Position numbers and translations under genes: made by a program
Assembly: GCF_006345805.1 (NCBI RefSeq)
Contig: NC_043018.1
Location: forward strand, 7,688,001 to 7,752,000
DNA length: 64,000 nucleotides
Source of the DNA: Octopus sinensis
Lineage: Eukaryota
Reading direction: 5' to 3'
Notes under the pieces: model-generated
What the model saw: the letters and a program-made list of their open reading frames with translations, nothing else
Database searches by the model: none
What the model was told of the DNA's origin: nothing
Shown: positions 26,257 to 38,899 of the stretch, piece by piece
Numbering within the stretch: the first letter of the stretch is position 1
How the letters are laid out: every line of letters begins with the position of its first letter

Positions 26257-28814
26257 CTGCAGAAATAAAAGGAGAAAAGAACAGCTTCATGTAATATGTA
26301 TATAGGTAGCTTAAATTCTGCGTTATTTCGAAAGATTTTTTGTATTTTGCATAAATGTAGGCATCTAAGAAATTTATTTATCATTAAATATAATAATATA
26401 AATTATTTACCTTCTTTAAGTTACAAAACAGTTTGTCACGATGCTAGAATTTTCTTACTGTTAAATAAAATTTCATCAAACTATTTCTAGTTATCAGACA
26501 ACCCAATAGCTTTCAAATGATGCCAACCCTGCTGACTTGGTGTGTGTGTGTGTGTGTGTACAAGCAGACACACCTACATAATAATGACACGCGGTGAGAT
26601 TTCAGGACTGACAGACTGACACAGATAATGCAGATTCAGGTCATACAGAATGTTAAGAGTTAAATCAGGAGTTCAAATCATGCCAAGGTCAGCTTCACTT
26701 CTCAGTCTTCTGGGGTCAATAAATTAAGTACCAGTCAGTTACCAAAGAAGATAGAATAAATTATACCTATCTCTGTCAACCTGTAGCTATGTAAGCATTT
26801 AACACAGTATGTATGCCTCCATATCAAAACTTGGGCCACAAGTATAATAGAATAACTACATATTACTTTGAAAAGTTACTTTCACCAGCTGTTTCGTTAG
26901 GAACAAAACAATCAATTCTATAAATACATGACTAAGATACATAATTAATGAAAATGAATTTAAATTTTAAATTAGTTTATAACAATGCTTATCCCAAATT
27001 ATTAGGAATACAACCAGCTATGTTGGCTTTAAACTGTTGCTGGCTTAAATTCAAGTGAGACTGGATATGACTTTAACCATTTTGTTACCAACCCGGCCGA
27101 AACCGGCTCTGAGTACAAATGTCTTGTTTTCGTAAGTTTTAAATTAAAATCTTCCACCAAACCTTAGTCACAATTTATGTTCCTAACACTAGCTGAATGA
27201 TAAGTTATTTTACTAAATTCTTTGTTATATTTAAAGTAATTGAAAGAAACACAAAGCATCTCAAAATAAATACAGTAATGAAAGGGTTAAACTTCATCTG
27301 GTAGTGGGACCCTGGTTCAGGAATTCCAGGGTTTTAAGGAGTGTGGAACCACCTCATAGTCACTATTCTTCCCATGTCTGACCCGGAGTAGTAGCACTGG
27401 GTTAATTAGCGTGTAAATAGAGGTCATCTGTGAATACAGGGATGTACAACCTTGGACCAAATCACAGGTTGTCCCTTGGCAAGGCTTAGCATCCAGAAAC
27501 TACCTGAAGGAGGGATACATTGAAATCATGGGATGCAGCATGGTGGGTGTGAACTGTTTCAGCACATGGACTTATTGAGTCAATGATGAATGTTACTAGA
27601 TGCTGAGCAGATGAACAGGCAACAAACTGTCTGTCAATGGCCAGGATCAACCAGTTTCTGGATGCTAGGCCTTGCCAAGGGACAACCGGTGATTTGGTCC
27701 AAGGTTATACATTCCTTTATTCACAGCTGACCTCTACTTACAGTTTAGTTAGCAAATTACTGTTATCATCTGTAGTTGTGGAATGCAGAAATGAGATGGA
27801 CATCTATACACACAAAAGGCTTCTTTCAGTTACCATCTAATCATGCTGAAGTCCATTCTCCTTTTTGTCAGACAGGTAAACTAGAGCAAGCAGAGTTATG
27901 TACCTTGATCAGAGGAACACACCATAAAAGAATAACAGAAACATCAATATATGTTTCTTTATTAACCACAAGGGGCTAAACACAGAGAGGACAAACAAGG
28001 ACAGACAACGGATTAAGTCGATTACATCGACCCCAGTGCGTAACTGGTACTTAATTTATCGACCCCGAAAGGATGAAAGGCAAAGTCGACCTCGGTGGAA
28101 TTTGTACTCAGAACGTAACAGCAGACGAAATACCTATTTCTTTACTACCCACAAAGGGGCTAAACACAGAGAGGACAAACAAAGACAGACAAACAGATTA
28201 AGTCGATTACATCGACCCCAGTGCGTAACTGGTACTTAATTTATCGACCCCGAAAGGATGAAAGGCAAAGTCGACCTCAGCGGAATTTGAACTCAGAACG
28301 TAACGGCAGAGAAAATACAGCTACGCATTTCGCCCAGCGTGCTAACGTTTCTGCCAGCTCGCTGCTTTACAGTTGCTTGACCTGTCATAAATAGCAACCA
28401 AAGCATCTGCAAATGACATCCTTTTCAAAAAATGGACACATTCAATAATGCAATCCGAGATACCTTGTTCATCATAGTATTCAGGTCTACATTTCCATGC
28501 CTGCATGGGTTGGATGGAATTTGTTGAGAGAGATTTTCTACAGTTGGATGCACTCCCTGTCACCAACCCTCACTAGTTTCCGAACTAATATTTCCCCCTT
28601 AACCAGATAATGTTTTCACAGAAGATTGGAAACAAAGGACACCACTTCTATAAATGGTAACATTAGTTTACCAACATTACATGAAGTTGAGGCAACACTA
28701 AAAACAACTTTTTTTTTTATTACATCATCATGAAAAAAAAAAGTAAATTTGGCAAAAGAGAGGAAAACACAATTCCTGAAAGAAAGTTTTCCAGCAGAAT
28801 AATTATCGGTTTAC

Positions 28815-28881
28815 CTTTAAAAGCATTTCTGTAACTTCGTAATGACCATATGAACAGGCATTGTGTAAGGGAACCAATCCT
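28815..28881 (-). CDS. TNKS: Tankyrase coding exon (ARC2), phase 2-0
   Basis: [22 protein letters not shown]; ctacag acceptor, gtaaac donor; 67 nt. Confidence 0.97.
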
Positions 28882-28942
28882 CTGTAGAGACAAAATAGAA
28901 AAACAAAATGGAAGTTTACATTTGTGTATGTGTGTGTGTACA

Positions 28943-29329
28943 TTATATATATAAAGCTGAAGTTGTCTGTGTATGGCAGGTTTTGTAGCCTTCAACTAAC
29001 ACTATCTCCTCCGAGACCCTATGGCGCAAGTTAACCAAAATTGAGAGTATGATAGAAGAAGGCTTGCTCTTCCTTCCATAGAAGAAAAATTCAAGTCGGA
29101 CCATGTTAAGACCAAAAATTATTTACATCAAAAAGATGCTTTTTTCTATGAAAATCCCTATTTTTTTACGATTTTTTGACTGCTGTGTTGCCATTTTTCG
29201 GTGTATTTTAACCAGAAAAATGTTCACTTAAAGAGAATAACAAGCTACATAATGCAAAATTTTTACTTTTCAAAAATTCCAATTCTAAAGGGTCAAAACA
29301 AACCCGAGCAGCGTCAGGCGATACTGCTA
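28943..29329 (+). mobile_element. Non-autonomous Helitron-like element
   Basis: Starts tatatatataaagctg; ends ccgagcagcgtcaggcgatactgcta, resembling the 3' end ccgagcatcaccaggcaattctgctag of the Helitron at 62420-62446; no TIRs. Confidence 0.55.
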
Positions 29330-32006
29330 AAGGACTGGAAGAACAGTGGTAGCAGGGAATTGTATCAGACAGCCAGAAGGGAAGCTAGGAGACAGGTTTA
29401 TTTAGCCAGAGGGGAAGCGGATAAGAAAAAATTTGCCAATGTTCTGAGCCGTGAGGATGAAAGACTTGAGGTGTGTGAGAGAGAATCGTGATGTGGTAGG
29501 AGAGAAGTGTGTTCGCATGGATGATGGTTCACTTGCGCTAAATGAGGATGCAAAGAGAGAGGTTTGGAGATGCCACTATGAAAGGTTGCTGAATAAAGAA
29601 AATGAATGGGATAAAGAGAGTCTGCCGAATGTTGACACAACAGAGGGACCAGCTATCCGAGTTGATAGTTCTGTGGTAGCTAAGGCAATTAGAAGGATGA
29701 AGACAGGGAAAGCCCCAGGCCCATCAGGAATTACTGCAGAGATGCTCAAAATATCTGGCAGTGTCGGCTATAACCTAGTCACCCGTATAGTCAACCAGGT
29801 GATACACGAAGGAGTCATACCCAATGACTGGTGCAGCAGCATACTAGTCAACTGCTACAAAGGTAAAGGTGATGCCCTAGATACAAATAATTACAGAGGT
29901 ATCAAGCTGTTGGATCAAGTAATGAAGGTTACGGAGAGGGTCATAGCCCAACTAATTAGAGAGAGAGTTAGTTTAGATGAGATGCAGTTTGGGTTCGTGC
30001 CAGGGAAAAGTACCACTGATGCTATATTCCTGGTAAGGCAGCTGCAGGAGAAATACCTAGCCAAAGATAAGCCCCTGTACCTGGCTTTCGTTGACATGGA
30101 GAAAGCTTTTGATAGGGTCCCCCGATCCCTTATCTGGTGGTCAATGAGGAAACTAGGGATAGATGAATGGCTGGTGAGGACTGTGCAAGCCATGTACAGA
30201 GATGCCGTAAGTAAGGTTAGGGTTGGCAACATGTACACAGAAGAATTCAAAGTAGAGGTTGGGGTCCACCAGGGTTCAGTACTCAGCCCCCTCCTATTTA
30301 TCATAGTACTCCAGGCAATTACGGAGGAATTCAAGACAGGTTGCCCCTGGGAGCTCCTCTATGCTGACGACCTTGCTCTTATTGCTGAGTCACTATCAGA
30401 ACTGGAGGAGAAGTTCCAGGTGTGGAAGGAGGGTTTAGAATCAAGGGGCCTTAGAGTCAACCTTGCTAAAACCAAAGTACTAATAAGTAGGAAGGTAGAC
30501 AATCCACAAATGTCTTCAGGAAGATGGCCCTGCTCGATCTGTAGAAAAGGTGTAGGTAGAAACTCTATAAGATGTACCCAGTGTATAATATGGACACATA
30601 AGAGGTGCAGCAATGTCAAAGGTAGGCTAACTGGGAAGATAGTTTTTGTATGTGGCAGATGCTCGGGAGCATTAACCTCCGAAAATCTGCAGAAAACAAC
30701 TTCCGTCACTTTCCAGGGGGAAAAACTAGAAGTAGTTGATAGCTTCCGTTATCTAGGTGACCAAGTCAGTAGTGGGGGTGGATGCGCTGAAAGTGTAACT
30801 GCTAGAATAAGAATAGCCTGGGCAAAGTTTAGGGAGCTCTTACCTCTGCTGGTGACTAAAGGCCTCTCGCTCAGAGTAAAAGGCAGACTGTATGATGCGT
30901 GTGTACGAACAGCCATGCTACATGGCAGTGAAACATGGGCCGTGACTGCTGAGGACATGCGTAAGCTCGTGAGGAATGAAGCCAGTATGCTCCGATGGAT
31001 GTGTAATGTCAGTGTACATACTCGACAGAGCGTTAGCACCTTGAGAGAAATTTGTACCTAAGAAGCATCAGTTGTGGTGTGCAAGAGAGACGATTGCGCT
31101 GGTATGGTCATGTGGCGAGAATGGATGAAGATAGGTGTGTGAGAAAGTGCCAATCCCTAGCAGTTGAGGGAACCCGTGGAAGAGGTAGACCCAGGAAAAC
31201 CTGGGACGAGGTGGTGAAGCACGACCTTCGAACTTTAGGCCTCACTGAGGAAATGACCAGCGACCGAGACCTTTGGAAATATTCTGTACGTGAGAAGACC
31301 AGGCAGGACAAGTGAGCCCAGCCCACTTATGAATGCCTTTCCTCCCTTGGACACAAAGACCTGTTGAGGCAAGCGAAGTCGATATAGAACCTCATCCGAC
31401 GACAGGCACCCATGCCAACCCCCTCTGCTTGTGAAGACATGTTGGGGAAATCGAAATCGAAACCGAATTGAACCAGCCAGGATCCCTGGTCTAGTGGTAC
31501 GTAAAAAGCACTATCCGACTCGTGGCCAATGCCAGCGCCGCTTCGACTGGCTTCCGTGCCGGTGGCACGTAAAATACTCCTATCCGACCGTACGACAGGC
31601 ACCCATGCCAACCCCCATTGCTTGTGAAGACATGTTGGGGCAAGCGAAATCGAAATCGAATTGAACCAGCCAGGATCCCTGGTCTGGTGGTACGTAAAAA
31701 GCACTATCCGACTCGTGGCCGATGCCAGCACTGCCTCGACTGGCTTCCATGCTGGTGGCACATAAAATACACCAATCCAACCGTGGCCGTTGCCAGCCTC
31801 ACCTGGCACCTGTGCAGGTGGCACGTAAAAAGCACCCACTACACTCACGGAGTGGTTGGCGTTAGGAAGGGCATCCAGCTGTAGAAACATTGCCAGATTA
31901 GACTGGAGCCTGGTGCAGCCTTCTGGCTTCCCAGATCCCCGGTCGAACCGTCCAACCCATGCTAGCATGGAGAACGGACGTTAAACGATGATGATGATGA
32001 TGATGA

Positions 32007-32010
<4 letters not shown>
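29330..32010 (+). mobile_element. 5'-truncated RTE-clade LINE: RT ORF 29451-31061 with frameshifts near 29470 and 31050, stop at 31315, 3' UTR with (GAT)n tail
   Basis: RT motifs NYRGIKLL, QFGF, FVDMEKAFDRV, GVHQGSVLSP, YADD, FRYLG; RTE C-terminus RRLRWYGHVARM...RGRGRPRKTW; no endonuclease domain present. Confidence 0.92.
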
Positions 32011-32054
<44 letters not shown>

Positions 32055-32718
32055 CATACATGCATGTCGTCATCATAGTTTTAATGTTCACTTTCCATGC
32101 TTGCCAGAGTCAGATGAAATTTGTTGAAGATTATCTATGGCTGGATGCCCTTCCTGTCACAAACACTCCCTTGTTTCCAAGGTAAGGTAATATTCCCCCA
32201 TGACCAGACATGTTTTCATGGAAGTTTTAAAATGAAGGACACCACTTACATAACAGGACCTTGTTTACAACTATTGCGCAATGTCAAGGCAAGAAGACAG
32301 TTGCACACTCAAACCCATACATACATGTGCACACACACACACACGCTAATATCGAACAGTAAGAATGAGTGCTCAACACTGCATGGGTAGAGAGATTTCT
32401 CTCTCTGCATGAAACCATTGGTAGCCTTCTCTGCATGAAACCACTGGTAGCCTTGTTAATCCAAATAAAAGAGAAAAGTATACACACACACACACACTTA
32501 TATACACAACAGGCTTCTTTCAGTTACCATCTATTAAATCCCCTCACAATGCTTTGATTGACCCAGTAGAAGACAACTGTCCAAGGTGCCATGCAGTAGG
32601 ACTGAACCTGGAATCAAGTGGTTGGGAAGCAGACTTCTTACCACAGAGCCACGCCTGCATCAAGGCGTGTCTGTGTGTGAAGGGGATAAACAAATCGAGA
32701 AAACAAAGGTACACTTAC

Positions 32719-32813
32719 CCTTTATCTTTGGCATGGACATCTGCTCTGTGTTGTAGTAATAATTTAACTATCTGTGTTCGGTTATAACCAGCAGCCAAAT
32801 GAAGAGGTGTTGA
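32719..32813 (-). CDS. TNKS: Tankyrase coding exon (ARC2), phase 0-2
   Basis: [31 protein letters not shown](G); ttgtag acceptor, gtaagt donor; 95 nt. Confidence 0.97.
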
Positions 32814-34481
32814 CTACAAAACAAAAATAAATAAATTAATTAATTAATTAATTAAGGGACCAGCAGAATAAATACCAGCGCTAAAAATTAAGGGCTGGAA
32901 TAAATCTAGTTTGACTAAAGACTTTCAAGCAGTGCTGCTCCAGCATGGTCACAGTTCAACGACAAAAACAAGTGTAAGGATAAAATAATAATTTCAAATT
33001 TCCGGCACAAGGCCGGCAATTTTGAGGAAGAGAGAATAAGTCAATTACATCGACCCCGGTACTCAACTGCTACTTATTTTATCGGCCCTGGAAGGACGAA
33101 AGGCAAAGTTGCCCTGGGTGGAATTTGAACTCAGAAAGTTAGGGTGAATGAAATGCCGCTTAGCATTTCGCCAGGTGTGCTAACGATTCTATCAGCTCAT
33201 TAATGGTTTTCTGATTTAGACACAAGGCTAGAAATTTTGAGGGGAGGGGATAAGTAGATATCAACCCCTATACTATTTTATTGACCCTGGAGGGATGAAA
33301 AGCAAAGGTAGCTTTGGCAAGTTTGGAACTCAGAACGTAAATAACCATGAACAAGAACCATGATGCTGCAACACTAACAATTTGGCAAGCTTCCTGTCTT
33401 CAACAATTGTTTTTACCACAGACCCAAGACCAGAAATACTAGGGGACGGTTTTAGTAAACTGAACTGATGATAGTACTTGACTAGTGTTTTATTTTTATT
33501 GGTCCTGGAGGGATTAAAGCTAAAGCTGACCTAAACAGGACTGCAAATATCTGGAACAACTAGGCCCCTCCCCCCAAATTTCAGGCCTTGTGCCAATAAT
33601 AGGAAGGGGTTATTATTGTTATTATTATATAAGGTGGCGAGCTGGCAGAGTTGTTAGCATCAATTAGTTGGTTACATCAATTCCAGTGCTCAACTGATAC
33701 TTATTTCATCAACCCCAAAAGGATAAAAAAGCAACGTCGACTTTGGTGGAATTTGAACTCAGAATGTAAACACAGATGAAATGCCACAGAGCATTTTGTT
33801 TGGTATGCTAAACACCACCTTAATATTGGTTTCAAATTTTGGCATAAGGTAGCAATTTTTTTTGGGGTGGGGGAGGGGACTAATTGATTACATATACCCA
33901 AGTACTCAACTGGTACTTATTTCATCTACCCCTAAAAGGGGCAAAAGGCAAAGTCGACCTTAGCAGGATATGAACTCAGAGCATAAAGACAACGTGAAAC
34001 ACTGTGAGACATTTTGTCCAGTATGCTAACAATTCCACCAGCTCACCACCTAAAACAACAACACCACCAACACCAGTTCTTATTATAGCTATTAGCTATA
34101 ATTAAAATGAAATTATTTACACAGCTCGAAATTTGAAACCAAGGGCTGAATAAGTCTAAAGTAAATATGCAGGATATGTCGGGGGGGGGGGGAAGCTGGT
34201 GAAACTTATTTCAGTCTTAGTTTAAATAGATTACCTCTGAGATAAGGCAGGGATGCTTCAAGATACCCCAAATAGCTTCCAACAAGGTATTTAATAACCA
34301 GAGTGAAACAACTTAGAAAACTGCATGGACATAAATTTGAGACAGTTGCAGGGGAAGGTACGATGTCAGCATGGAACAAGAAAGAGCCTATAGCTTGATA
34401 AGTAGATAGATAAGTTCGTTAATTAATGAGGTACAAAGCAGAATATATTTTGGATAAGGATAATTTAAATATACTGTCGAG

Positions 34482-34827
34482 TAGAGGTTCTCAACCATAT
34501 TTTATCTATGGACCCCTTTGGTTAATGTTTTATTCTGGTGGACCCCATGGTCATTTGTTGTTTAAAAACTAGTTTTAAAGAAACTTTTTTTTCAAAATTC
34601 CTATTTTGTTTGTCACTCGTTAACTGTGTACGTTGAACTATGGAAAACATTAGAGAAAGAAACCTATCTGTTTCTTGCAATACATACCAATGCTTCATCT
34701 ACATCAAAATTTTTTGAGGGGCCTTTAAAATGCCGTTATGAATTCCCAATATACTATTACATGGACCCCCACCCCAATCTTCTATGGACCGTCAGGGGCC
34801 ATAAGGACCCCTGGTTGAGAACCACTG
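34482..34827. mobile_element. hAT-type MITE
   Basis: TIRs tagaggttctcaacc / ggttgagaaccactg; TSD ctgtcgag / ctgtagag. Confidence 0.8.
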
Positions 34828-36095
34828 CTGTAGAGTTTATCTACAAGTTTTTGGTTACCAACGTCGCCTTCCTGGCACCTGTGCTGGTGGCATGTGTAAA
34901 AAGATTCGAGCGAGGTCATTGCCAGTGCCGCCTGACTGGCCCCCGTGCCGGTGGCATGTAAAAAGCACCAACTACTCGGAGTGGTTGGCGTTAGGAAGGG
35001 CATCCAGCTGTAGAAACTGCCAGATCAAGATTGGAGCCTGGTGCAGCCATCTGGTTCGCCAGCCCTCAGTCAAAATCGTCCAACCCATGCTAGCATGGAA
35101 AGCGGATGCTAAACGATGATGATGATGATGATGACTGCATAGGACCTAGTAACAAACAACATCCTACCTCCCGTGGAAGCGTTTTACACTGCTATACCCT
35201 AAGGCCTTCTGTGACCCAACAGTACTTTGGCATACATAGACTTACACTGATACCCCCCTACACATACACATTTGTATAGCACTTAACCACACATATATAG
35301 GCTTACCCTCAATATATATCACCTATATCCACCTTCCGGTAACTTGGGGTGCACCCTGACACTTCTTCATCGACATCCTCTTTCTTTAACAACTGGAGAA
35401 ATCATGCATCTCCTCTACAACAAAACACCCTCTATCACACCCTAACCTCTCATCACCTGGCATAAAGCTACCATCCTCAATGCTCATTCCCCCCTTACTT
35501 TGTAATTGAGGGGAGGGGGTCTTGTCTTACAAGTTACTCAGTGACCTCATTAACCCTTTAGCATTTAAACCGGCCATATCCAGCCAAAAGTATTCTGCCT
35601 GTTTTATGTTCAAACTGGCCAGATCTGGTCTCTCACACCAACCCTACAATATCGTTTTAAAAATTAACAGCTACCTCATTAAAATCTCATAGCTACAAGA
35701 TAATGCATATAATTAGTTCAAAACAAAGTGGATGAAAAGGCTTTAATTTTGGCAGAATAATGCAAACGCTAAAGGGTTAATACCCTGTAAAAAAAAAGCA
35801 CTTAGTACACTCTGTAAAGTGCTTGACATTAGGGAGGGAATCCAGCCATAGAAATTATGCAAAGCAGACACTGGAGTTTTGCACAGTCCTCCAGCTCGCC
35901 AGCTTCTGTTGAACTGTCCAACCCATGCCAGCATGGAAAACAGACATTAAATGATGACAACCTAATCTGCCCACAAAACACATTTTACTGATGTTTACAA
36001 TTACCCAAAATCTTCAATTAAACAAGGTGTCAGCTAAAAGCTTCTACAACTACAACAGGCATACTCTAGAGTACATTTAATGATGTACTTTAGAG

Positions 36096-36379
36096 CAGAG
36101 GTCCCAAACAAACCCAAGCCATCAGACCAGTGTTAGGATATACAAGAAAGAATTTTATGATTTTATTGGCCATCACAATCTGCAGGGTGTTTTTGCATTA
36201 TATATATGTGATAATTAAATTACGTGTGTGTATGTGTGTATATGATGGTGTGTGTGTGTGTGTGTATATATATAGGTGTGTGTGTGTGTATTTGTTGTTA
36301 AGCATGTGATTTCTTGGTTCATGGAAAAATTGTCTTGTATGAAACCAGTCCATAGTGCAAAAAACATTGAGGACCACTG
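36096..36379. mobile_element. hAT-type MITE
   Basis: TIRs cagaggtcc / ggaccactg; TSD ctttagag / ccttagag. Confidence 0.7.
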
Positions 36380-38530
36380 CCTTAGAGTTCGTTCAATTAC
36401 TCATAAAGTGTCAGCTAAAAGCTTCAACTACTACCACAGATGTACCACAGAGTACATTTTACAACACCTAAACCATACTGAGAGTCCTTTAATTAATTAA
36501 TCAATTCACCAAACAGCAAAATGTTATTTGTGCAAATTGGATTTTCCTGTTTATTGAAGTCTTTAATAGTGACTATACAATTTCCACATGGGCAGAAGGC
36601 AGGTTAGTTCATAGTTTTTGATGAGCTGCTGGCCCAAATAGGAACAGACCAATTCTTCCCATTTTCTACCCACAGACATAATGTATAGTCTTTTGTTTAC
36701 ATTTACCTAAGTGGAAAAGAAAGAGGATGGTGGTGAAGAAGTAAGGGCATACCCTCAAGTTAGACAAAGATGAATATAAGAGAAGGGGTACATAAAGGCT
36801 AAGCCTGTATATGTCTGGTTAAGGAACATTTATTTAAAGGGTAATAAATACCAGTAATATATTTAAAAGAATGAAGATAATAATAATGGTTTCAAATTTT
36901 GGCATGGGGACAGCAGTTTTTGAGGAAAGGGGTAAGTTGATTACATCGACCCCAGTATGTGACAGGTACTTATTTTATCAACCCTGAAAGAATGATAGGC
37001 AAAGTCGACCTCAGCAGAATTTGAACTCAGAACATAAAGGCTGACAAAATGCTGCTAAGCCTAGCAGCATTTTGTCCAGCATGCTAATGATTCCGCAAGA
37101 TTGACACCGTTACTGCCTTAATAATAATAACAATAATAAATAATCTTTCCTTCTTGGGACACAAAACTCTACTTGTGAAGACCTGTTGAGGCAAGTGAAA
37201 ATCAATCAAAATCAAAATCGATCAACATCAATGGAAATTGTAGCTGTGATACCAGTGCCCGTGGCACATAAGAGAACCATCCGAACGTGGCCATTGCCAG
37301 CGCCGCCCCGACTGGCCTCCATGCCAGTGGCACGTAAAAAGCACCATCCGATCGTGGCCATTTGCCAGTCTCGTCTGGCACCTGTGCCAGTGGCACGTAA
37401 AAAGCACCCACTACACTCACAGAGTGGTTGGAGTTAGGAAGGGCATCCAGCCGTAGAAATACTGCCAGATCATACTGGGCCCGGTGCAGCCTTCTGGCTT
37501 CCCAGACCCCAGTTGAACCGTCCAACCCATGCTAGCATGGAAAGTGGACGCTGAACGATGATGATGAATAACAATCCTTCCTACCATAGGCACAAGGCCT
37601 GAAATTTTGGGGGTACTTCTTTTTTTGACCCCGAAAGGATGAAAGGCAAAGTCAACCCCAGAGGAATTTGAACTCAGAATGTAAAGACAAATGAAATACT
37701 GATAAACATTTTGCCCAGTATGGTATAACGATTCTGCCAGCTCACTGCCTTAACATGGCAGCAAATTCGAGGAAGAGGGTAAGTTGACTGGTACTTATTT
37801 TAACTGGTATTTATTTTATTGACCCCGAAAGGGATGAAAGGCAAAGTCAACCTCAATGGAATTTGAACTCAGAATGTAAAGATGGATAGGTGCAGGAGTG
37901 GCTGTGTGGTTCCGGGTTCAGTCCCACTGCGTGGCATCTTGGGCAAGTGTCTTCTGCTGTAGCCTCGGGCCGACCAATGCCTTGTGAGTGGATTTGGTAG
38001 ACGGAAACTAAAAGAAGCCTGTCGTATATATGTATGTATGTGTGTGTATATGTTTGTGTGTCTGTGTTTGTCCCCCTAGCATTGTTTGACAACCGATGCT
38101 GGTGTGTTTACGTCCCCGTCACTTAGCGGTTCGGCAAAAGAGACTGATAGAATAAGTACTGGGCTTACAAAGGATAAGTCTCGGGGTCGATTTGCTCGAC
38201 TAAAGGCGGTGCTCCAGCATGGCCACAGTCAAATGACTGAAACAAGTAAAAGAGTAAAGAGTAAGAGTAATGGATAAAATGCTACTAAGCATTTTGCCCA
38301 GCACGTTAACAATTCTCCCAGCACACCACCTCAATAATAATAATAATAACAATAATAATATTTTGTTCTACTGAAAGACTTCATATCAAGTGAATATATG
38401 TGTGTTTCCATAGAAAAGTACCATCACTCCATAAACTGGTTCCCATGGGCCTAGAAAAGGTGGGTGAATGGAGAGAGAGAGAGAGGGAAGAGTGAGACAG
38501 GAGCAAACAAGTGTTACAAACTACTGACTA

Positions 38531-38570
38531 ATGATGATGATGATGATGATGGTGATGGTGATGATGATGG

Positions 38571-38619
<49 letters not shown>

Positions 38620-38650
38620 GGTGGTGATGGTGGTGGTGGTGGTGATGATA
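38531..38650. repeat. (GAT)n/(GGT)n compound microsatellite
   Basis: Direct inspection; source of the poly-His, poly-Met and poly-Asp pseudo-ORFs. Confidence 0.95.
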
Positions 38651-38899
38651 GCTGATGGAGCTTACAGCTTCAAGGAAATGGAACAGATATGTAAGAACAT
38701 AGGGGCAGAGGAGGAACAAAAAGGAAGAAAGCTGATAGTAATGTTGAAGAAGGGAAAGAAAATCCCTGGGGTCAGGGAGTGGCTGGGGAACAGGTTTATT
38801 TAGAGTTTGGTGGGAAAATTTTTAAACAGAGATTTCAGGTGGGGGTCAGAGGTGGGGGAGTGTAATTCAGTTTACACATTAAGAAAGTAGCTGGCCTGG

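Noticed and set aside
29915-31968. Antisense ORFs over the RTE LINE and the recurring short ORFs in SINE or RTE tails
   Set aside because: Shadow frames of repeat sequence with no independent coding evidence
38464-38803. Poly-His, poly-Met and poly-Asp ORFs
   Set aside because: Trinucleotide microsatellite translations
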